Shown piece after piece: positions 18,540-24,000 of a stretch of DNA of 24,000 nucleotides (its first letter is position 1; each line of letters opens with the position of its first letter). Made by a program: the position numbers and the translations under genes. The notes beneath the pieces were generated by a model. It saw only the letters and a list, made by a program, of their open reading frames with translations, had not been told where the DNA came from and did no database searches. The DNA is from Hyphomicrobiaceae bacterium (GTDB taxonomy: Bacteria > Pseudomonadota > Alphaproteobacteria > Rhizobiales > Hyphomicrobiaceae), in contig JBOEGZ010000006.1 in the NCBI GenBank assembly GCA_050633705.1, positions 148,554 through 172,553 of the forward strand, read 5' to 3'.

Positions 18540-19271
18540 ATGATACTTGAAGGAATGAAACCTGTGACGTCGGACATCGACCCAGACTGCCTGCTTTATC
18601 TTATCGTCGAAGCCAACGAAGGTTCCGCGACACAACAAGCTTTGCATGCCGCACTTTCGGCCGGCCCGGTAACATCCGTACTCATTACACCTTTACCCGA
18701 CACATCTTTGAACGAACAACTCGTTCGCCCCCTGGTCGCCGCCTGCCAGGATGATGATGTTGTCGTTTTAATTGCTGGTGATGCAGCCCTTGCCAAGCAA
18801 GTTGGCGCAGATGGCGTTCACATTTCCTGGCGCGAAGATGTTGTTGCAGCATTTCAAGAGGCCCGCAACACACTCGGCCATGATGCGGTGATCGGTGGTG
18901 ATGCCGGACGATCGCGTCATACGGCCATGGAACTTGGTGAGGCCGGTGCCGACTATGTTGCGTTTGGTATTCCTTCACACGTAAAGGATCGAGAAACTGC
19001 AGAAAACCGTCAACGCGAACTGATTGCATGGTGGGCTGAAATCTTCGAGCCAGCATGTGTTGCCTTCACTTCGAATACGCCTGACCTCGCAGCAATTGGC
19101 AATCTTGTTGAGGACGGCGCGGATTTTGTATCCGTTACAATCAAGCCAGGACAAACAGCAGACGACATCTCAAACTACATTCGCGACGTATTACAGACCC
19201 TTGAACAACACAGCGAAATCCGCAATGCAGCCCTAGCGGAGGCTGAAACATCGGCCGGAGCAAAAACATGA
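18540..19271 (+). CDS. Thiamine-phosphate synthase-like (ThiE/TenI superfamily) protein
   Basis: The TIM-barrel ThiE-like pattern is present: LYLIVE..., ...SVLI..., VVVLIAGDAALAKQVGADGVHI, ...ELGEAGADYVAFG. The start is uncertain (TTG 18483, ATG 18540 or ATG 18555). The stop overlaps the next gene's ATG as ATGA. Confidence 0.75.
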   Translation: MILEGMKPVTSDIDPDCLLYLIVEANEGSATQQALHAALSAGPVTSVLITPLPDTSLNEQLVRPLVAACQDDDVVVLIAGDAALAKQVGADGVHISWREDVVAAFQEARNTLGHDAVIGGDAGRSRHTAMELGEAGADYVAFGIPSHVKDRETAENRQRELIAWWAEIFEPACVAFTSNTPDLAAIGNLVEDGADFVSVTIKPGQTADDISNYIRDVLQTLEQHSEIRNAALAEAETSAGAKT

Positions 19272-20353
19272 CTTGGTGGCGTTCTTCAACATATGCCCGC
19301 GCAGCAATGGCTCTTAGTCAGCTGAGCTTAGCCCTGCATAGCGCGCAAGCCGCGGCAAACATAAGCTCTCAGACTGTGCAAGAGAAAAAGGCCCAGGATG
19401 AGAGCGCTAACCTGCGCGTTGCCCGTAAAGGGACCAGCATTCATGAGAAGAAAAACAATGCAAACAGTGGTGCCAAATCGAAATCAGGTGAGAACAACGA
19501 TGCTGCTTACTTCGCCTATGACCAAGGGCAATATTTAACAGCTTTGAAGCTTGCCAAAGAAGCGGCGCAAAGAGGAAGTGCAGCGGCCCACACTCTGGCC
19601 GGTCGCATCTACGCCGAAGGCCGCGGTGTACCACAAGACTTCAAGAAGGCAGCCGACTGGTATGCACGCGGCGCCAAGCTCGGCGATGTGAATGCACGTT
19701 TTTCTTACGGTCTCTTGTTGGTTGAAGGGCGCGGCGTCAAAAAAGATTGGTCCAAAGCTGCCGAAATGTTTGAAAGGGCCGCGATGACAGGACATGCGGC
19801 GGCAAATTACAATCTCGGCCTGCTCTTTTTGTCTGGCAAAGGCAAACCAGAAAATCTCTATCGTGGCGCCAAACACATCGAGTATGCCGCACAAAAAGGT
19901 ATCCCTGCCGCGCAATACGAACTCGCCGGACTCTATCAATCCGGCACTGGCGTCCCCAATGACGCACTCCAAGCCTCAACGTGGTTGGCGCGGGCGGCAA
20001 ATGCCGGCATGGGGTCGGCTCAATTTGAATACGGAGTTCTGCTGCTGCGTGGCTTGGGTTTGAAAAGCGATGCGCCGCGCGCCATTGAATATTTGCTTAT
20101 GGCAGCCAAGCAAGGGGTGGCTGGTGCGCAAAACCGCTTGGCCCACGTTTACGCAGAAGGTGCCGGTGTCGACAAAAACCTCAAAGAGGCGGCAAAATGG
20201 TCGTTTATTGCCAAATCCAATGGGATGACCGACCTGTCTATCGACCAGAAACTGGTAAAACTCTCAAAAAAAGACCGCCAAGCCGCAGAAGTATTGGCGA
20301 GTGAATGGACCGAGAAAAACAAATTCCACGTCCCCGACGCCGCACTGCGCTGA
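19268..20353 (+). CDS. Secreted Sel1-repeat (TPR-like) protein
   Basis: N-terminal signal-like segment (ARAAMALSQLSLALHSAQAAA). Six consecutive repeats of about 36 aa follow the pattern A..L...Y..G.GV..D...A..W...AA..G. Confidence 0.85.
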   Translation: MTWWRSSTYARAAMALSQLSLALHSAQAAANISSQTVQEKKAQDESANLRVARKGTSIHEKKNNANSGAKSKSGENNDAAYFAYDQGQYLTALKLAKEAAQRGSAAAHTLAGRIYAEGRGVPQDFKKAADWYARGAKLGDVNARFSYGLLLVEGRGVKKDWSKAAEMFERAAMTGHAAANYNLGLLFLSGKGKPENLYRGAKHIEYAAQKGIPAAQYELAGLYQSGTGVPNDALQASTWLARAANAGMGSAQFEYGVLLLRGLGLKSDAPRAIEYLLMAAKQGVAGAQNRLAHVYAEGAGVDKNLKEAAKWSFIAKSNGMTDLSIDQKLVKLSKKDRQAAEVLASEWTEKNKFHVPDAALR

Positions 20354-20570
20354 ACATACAGCAAATATTCAATGGCGCGACGCCTTGCTGAAGGTTGCAG
20401 CATCACTGCAAATGCTAACGCTAGTCAATAAAGCTGGCATGGCCGTGATTGTGCCACCTTGTGCCAAACTCCGAGACCAGCTAACTCCCCATCATAAGTC
20501 TCACTCACTGGCACGATATGCCGATTGCCCAAACCTCTCATAACCGGGCATCTAAACTGGAAACCCGACA

Positions 20571-21362
20571 ATGGCTGCTTCTGCACTTCTGACTGTGATG
20601 ATCAACGCTGCGCGCAAAGCCGGGCGCAGCCTGTCGCGTGATTTCGGCGAAGTCGAAAACCTACAGGTCTCGGTGAAGGGGCCGGGTGACTTTGTGTCGG
20701 CAGCAGACGATCGTGCCGAAGAAATCATCTTTCGCGAACTGCGCAAAGCCCGTCCGACCTATGGCTTCTTGATGGAAGAAAGCGGTGTTTTCGAAGGCGA
20801 AGATAAAGATCAACGTTGGATTGTTGACCCACTCGACGGCACAACGAACTTCCTTCACTCAAATCCATTGTTTTCCATTTCAATCGCTTTGGAACGTCAT
20901 GGCCAACTAGTGGCTGGTGTTGTCTACAACCCCATCACCGATGAATTATTTACGGCTGAAAAAGGAAAAGGGGCATTCGTCAACGATCGCCGCCTGCGTG
21001 TCGCCGGCCGACGAAATGTCTCCGAAGCCCTCATCACAACCGGCATTCCTCATCGTGGTCGAGGTGAGCATGACGGCTTCATCAAAGACATGAAAACAGT
21101 GATGTCGGAAGTGATTGGCATTCGGCGCACAGGCTCTGCTGCCCTAGATTTGGCATGGACAGCAGCCGGCCGCTTTGATGTGTTTTGGGAACGCGCGCTT
21201 AAACCCTGGGATGTTGCCGCTGGTATTGTGTTGATGCGTGAGGCTGGTGGACAAGTGATCGACATTGACGGCGGCGACGATCCTCTCGAAAGCGGCAATA
21301 TTCTCGCCGCCAACCCGCAAATGCTGAAAGCTTTCGCCCCCCTCGTCGCGCGCAAAAAATAA
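20571..21362 (+). CDS. suhB: Inositol monophosphatase family protein (SuhB-like)
   Basis: IMPase motifs WIVDPLDGTTNF and PWDVAAG, with typical length and N-terminus. Confidence 0.9.
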   Translation: MAASALLTVMINAARKAGRSLSRDFGEVENLQVSVKGPGDFVSAADDRAEEIIFRELRKARPTYGFLMEESGVFEGEDKDQRWIVDPLDGTTNFLHSNPLFSISIALERHGQLVAGVVYNPITDELFTAEKGKGAFVNDRRLRVAGRRNVSEALITTGIPHRGRGEHDGFIKDMKTVMSEVIGIRRTGSAALDLAWTAAGRFDVFWERALKPWDVAAGIVLMREAGGQVIDIDGGDDPLESGNILAANPQMLKAFAPLVARKK

Positions 21363-21530
21363 GTCGACGGATTGAGACACATCCACCCATCAAAAAAGCA
21401 CGACTTGGAAATTTTACCGCCAGGGCGCCCCGGAGCCTGGAAATTCGGGCAGCGTCCCAGTCAAAATGTGTATAACATGACGTTTTCGGGCAACACTTAT
21501 GCCAGATGCATGATTTGCTTCACGTGGGCA

Positions 21531-21585
21531 CGATGTTGCCGGTTTCCGCTGTCATAGGCTTCGACTAGATTGTAAGGCAACATCG
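21531..21585. promoter_or_regulatory. Perfect 10-bp inverted repeat about 50 nt upstream of the motA-like gene, either a 5'-leader structure or a protein-binding site
   Basis: CGATGTTGCC (21531-21540) and GGCAACATCG (21576-21585) are separated by 35 nt. The stem is extendable by CGG/CGU pairs after one mismatch. Confidence 0.3.
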
Positions 21586-21635
21586 CGCTGCAAATAAGCA
21601 TCGCGAGCATAATGTTGAAGCCGGAGAATTTTTGG

Positions 21636-22727
21636 ATGGCACGAAAGCGACACTCTGAACCGGCAACCGTGGGTTTTCACCGGTCGCTCACGCCACCGGG
21701 CTTATTCCTGGTGCGCATGTTGATATTCCTGACCCTCGTCGGTTTTCTGGCCGCCATCCTGCACGAACGGCTGATCGTCTCGGTCATGACAAACCCTGGC
21801 CTCAACGGGCTTATTCTCGCGGTTTTGTTTTTCGGTATTCTCTACACGTTCCGCCAGGTCATTCGGCTCTATCCAGAAATTCGTTGGGTCAATGCGTTCC
21901 GCATTGCTGACCCCGGTTTGTCGATTTCCCACCAACCTGTCCTGCTGGCGCCAATGGCCACGATGCTGCGCGACCGGACCGGCGCGATTTCGCTCTCAAC
22001 AATGTCAATGACATCGATTATGGAATCGATTGGCTCTCGCCTCGACGAAGCGCGCGATACCGGACGCTACATGGTCGGGCTTCTCGTTTTTCTCGGTTTG
22101 CTTGGAACCTTTTGGGGCTTGCTGGCAACGATCCAATCGGTTGGCGATGTCATTGGTTCTATCGATTCCAAAGCCGACAACTCTGGAGCAATATTTGGGG
22201 ACCTAAAGGCAGGCTTGTCAGCGCCTCTAACGGGCATGGGCACAGCCTTTTCATCATCCCTTCTTGGTCTAGCTGGCTCCCTCATACTTGGCTTTCTCGA
22301 ATTGCAAGCCAGTCATGCCCATAACCGTTTTTATAATGAGCTTGAAGAATGGCTGTCCGGTATTACTGAGCTGACACCAGCTGGTGGTGTTAGCGATTCA
22401 TCTAGCGACAATCTCAATCGTCAACTCGGTGCAACGCTTTACGACATGCAGCGCGTATTGGAAGAACTCAACATAAGGCTCGGAGAGAACGCGGGGGCTG
22501 GTGGGTTATCTGCCGGTGGAGATGGAGGAGCGGCACAAACAGCGGCAATCAACCAGACTGAAAACTCGGTTCGTGAATTGGCGTCTGGCGTCAATGAACT
22601 CGTCGGACAAATGCGTGCAGAACAGCAAGTTGTCCGTGAATGGGTCGACGAACAAGCCAACCAGCAAAGCGAAGTAACAAACGTTCTTAAAAATCTCGCG
22701 GGCAACATCCAACGCCGGGGGAGCTAA
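21636..22727 (+). CDS. MotA/TolQ/ExbB-family proton-channel protein with 4 TM helices and a ~140-aa C-terminal tail
   Basis: The TM3 motif VFLGLLGTFWGLLATIQSV parallels TolQ PFVGLFGTVWGIMNSFQAI in this window. The TM4 segment MGTAFSSSLLGLAGSLILGF parallels IAEALFATALGLLAAIPAVVF. The topology is MotA-like: two N-terminal TMs, a ~70-aa loop, then two more TMs. GGAG lies 9 nt before the ATG at 21636; the ORF-track ATG at 21612 is also possible. Confidence 0.85.
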   Translation: MARKRHSEPATVGFHRSLTPPGLFLVRMLIFLTLVGFLAAILHERLIVSVMTNPGLNGLILAVLFFGILYTFRQVIRLYPEIRWVNAFRIADPGLSISHQPVLLAPMATMLRDRTGAISLSTMSMTSIMESIGSRLDEARDTGRYMVGLLVFLGLLGTFWGLLATIQSVGDVIGSIDSKADNSGAIFGDLKAGLSAPLTGMGTAFSSSLLGLAGSLILGFLELQASHAHNRFYNELEEWLSGITELTPAGGVSDSSSDNLNRQLGATLYDMQRVLEELNIRLGENAGAGGLSAGGDGGAAQTAAINQTENSVRELASGVNELVGQMRAEQQVVREWVDEQANQQSEVTNVLKNLAGNIQRRGS

Positions 22728-22730
22728 AAA

Positions 22731-23759
22731 ATGGCTCGCGGACGCGCCCGACGCGGCACAGATTATGGTGAATTCTGGCCTGGATTCGTTGACGTTCTAT
22801 CAACGTTGCTGCTGGTGGTTACATTTCTGATGTCGATCTTCATGTTGGCACAGCACTTTGCTTCCCAGGAAGCCTCTGGCAAGGAAACCGCCTTGCAACG
22901 GCTCAACCGACAAATCGCCGAGCTGACTAGCATTCTGTCGCTTGAACGCGGCAAAACAAAATCCGCACAAGACCAGTTGGCAGAACTGCAAGCGTCTCTT
23001 TCGACATTGCAAGCAGAAAACACAAAACTCTCAGGCTTCGCCTTATCTGGCGATGAACGCGCCAAGTCCGATGCCAAAAAAATCGCAACTCTTTCAACCG
23101 AACTCGACAAATCGAAAGAAGTATCCAACGAAGCGTTAGCCAAAGTTGACCTTCTCAACCAACAACTGTTGGCGCTACGTCGACAAATGGCAGCATTGAA
23201 CGATGCGCTCGATGCAGCAGATAAGAAGGATCAAGATTCCCAAACGCAAATCAAAGATCTGGGAACGCGCCTCAATGCAGCACTGGCGCGTCAAGTTCAA
23301 GAACTAAAGCGCTATCGCTCAGACTTCTTTGGGCGCCTGCGAGAACTCTTACGCGATCGTAAAGACATTCGCGTCGTCGGCGACCGCTTTATCTTTCAAT
23401 CCGAAGTGTTGTTCCCGTCAGGCCAAGCACAGATGACATCAGAAGGTCTGCAAGCTCTTGATCAGGTTGCTCAGGCAATTGTTGAAATAAGTCGTGATAT
23501 TCCAAATGAAATAAATTGGGCCCTACAGGTTGATGGGCACACAGATATTCGTCCAATTTCCAGTTCGCAGTTTCCTTCCAACTGGCACCTATCAACCGAG
23601 CGCGCGATCTCGGTCGTGCAATATCTTAACAGCCAAGGCGTGCCAGCAAAACGGCTCGTTGCGGCCGGCTATGGTGAATTTGCCCCGCTTGATACCGGCA
23701 CCAGTGACGATGCGCTGCGCAAAAACCGCCGGATCGAATTGAAGCTGACGAATAGATAA
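22731..23759 (+). CDS. MotB-like protein: N-terminal TM helix with conserved Asp, ~160-aa coiled coil, C-terminal OmpA-like peptidoglycan-binding domain
   Basis: WPGFVDVLSTLLLVVTFLM carries Asp21 (codon 22791-22793), matching TolR FVDVMLVLLIIF. A heptad-rich segment spans roughly residues 45-210. The C-terminus reads VDGHTDIRPISSSQFPSNWHLSTERAISVVQYL...AAGYGEFAP...NRRIELKL. SD GGGGGAG lies inside the end of the upstream gene, with a 3-nt intergenic gap. Confidence 0.88.
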   Translation: MARGRARRGTDYGEFWPGFVDVLSTLLLVVTFLMSIFMLAQHFASQEASGKETALQRLNRQIAELTSILSLERGKTKSAQDQLAELQASLSTLQAENTKLSGFALSGDERAKSDAKKIATLSTELDKSKEVSNEALAKVDLLNQQLLALRRQMAALNDALDAADKKDQDSQTQIKDLGTRLNAALARQVQELKRYRSDFFGRLRELLRDRKDIRVVGDRFIFQSEVLFPSGQAQMTSEGLQALDQVAQAIVEISRDIPNEINWALQVDGHTDIRPISSSQFPSNWHLSTERAISVVQYLNSQGVPAKRLVAAGYGEFAPLDTGTSDDALRKNRRIELKLTNR

Positions 23760-23794
23760 AACTTGGCGTTTACCACGTCTGACAAATTCTCAAT

Positions 23795-23829
23795 GGACTG
23801 GCCAAATAGCGGTGGCAGTCCTTTTGATT
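23795..23829 (+). terminator. Rho-independent terminator after the motB-like gene
   Basis: GGACTGGCC (23795-23803) pairs with GGCAGTCC (23814-23821) with one bulge, followed by TTTTGATT. Confidence 0.65.
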
Positions 23830-24000
23830 GAGCCCCTCTGCGCCCTTTTCCCAAATGGTTGAGCCTTAAATGAACGGCCTATGAATGCGGCGTTCAAAAG
23901 CAATTCAGGCACGTAACATCATATTGCCTCTCACAGAACACAAAGTTTAAACCTCAAGGGAAAAGACAATGTCCTCGATTTCAAAAATGCAAACAGGCGC

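Noticed and set aside
18378-18647. An 89-aa minus-strand ORF overlapping the start region of the ThiE-like gene.
   Set aside because: It is antisense to a motif-supported gene, with no SD or recognisable features.
20354-21635. A search for the alphaproteobacterial suhB-associated sRNA (MmgR / alpha-r8 family, with a C/U-rich CCUCC-type motif) in the regions flanking suhB.
   Set aside because: No CCTCC-rich motif or convincing stem-loop-plus-U-tract was seen on either strand in 20354-20570 or 21363-21635.
21636-23759. Interpretation of the MotA/MotB-like pair as a Zorya (ZorAB) anti-phage system.
   Set aside because: The A-subunit tail is about 140 aa rather than the several-hundred-residue ZorA tail. 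The long coiled coil is on the B subunit instead. No ZorC/D/E-like effector genes follow, and a terminator closes the operon. The flanks are housekeeping genes rather than a defence island. Homology searches are needed for a final answer.
23969-24000. A possible plus-strand gene start (AAGGG SD-like, then ATG: MSSISKMQTG...) at the right edge.
   Set aside because: Only about 10 codons are visible, so it cannot be supported. It is relevant only as a possible neighbour of the MotAB-like pair, and it lies beyond that pair's terminator.

Overview
The window looks like a conserved chromosomal core region, probably from an alphaproteobacterium (Hyphomicrobiales/Rhizobiales-like gene order). GC content is roughly 50% by eye. 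No IS elements, integrases, tRNAs, rRNAs or CRISPR arrays were seen.

Minus strand, right to left: a DUF4164-like coiled-coil gene, zapA, a 6S RNA candidate and 5-formyl-THF cyclo-ligase. These are followed by a YmdB-like phosphoesterase, yebC, ruvC, ruvA, an inserted membrane-protein gene, ruvB and a Tat-signal metallophosphoesterase. The strand continues with ybgC-tolQ-tolR-tolA-tolB, a 1.37 kb insertion, pal and a Pal paralogue.

Plus strand: gap, class I fructose-bisphosphate aldolase, a ThiE-like gene overlapping a six-repeat Sel1 protein gene, an inositol monophosphatase, and a terminator-bounded MotA-like/MotB-like pair.

Most worth follow-up:
1. The orphan MotA/MotB-like pair (21636-23759). 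It keeps the channel motifs and the TM aspartate seen in the window's own TolQ/TolR. It adds a ~140 aa tail on the A subunit and a ~160 aa coiled coil between the TM helix and the OmpA-like domain of the B subunit.
2. Two tandem small lipoprotein genes (41 and 44 aa) missing from the ORF track, sitting in the tolB-pal gap. All six nucleotide differences in their shared core are synonymous.
3. A four-TM protein gene wedged between ruvA and ruvB, overlapping the ruvA stop codon.
4. A Pal paralogue where cpoB/ybgF is normally found.

Functional calls rest on motifs read from the translations and remembered family knowledge. No database search was possible.
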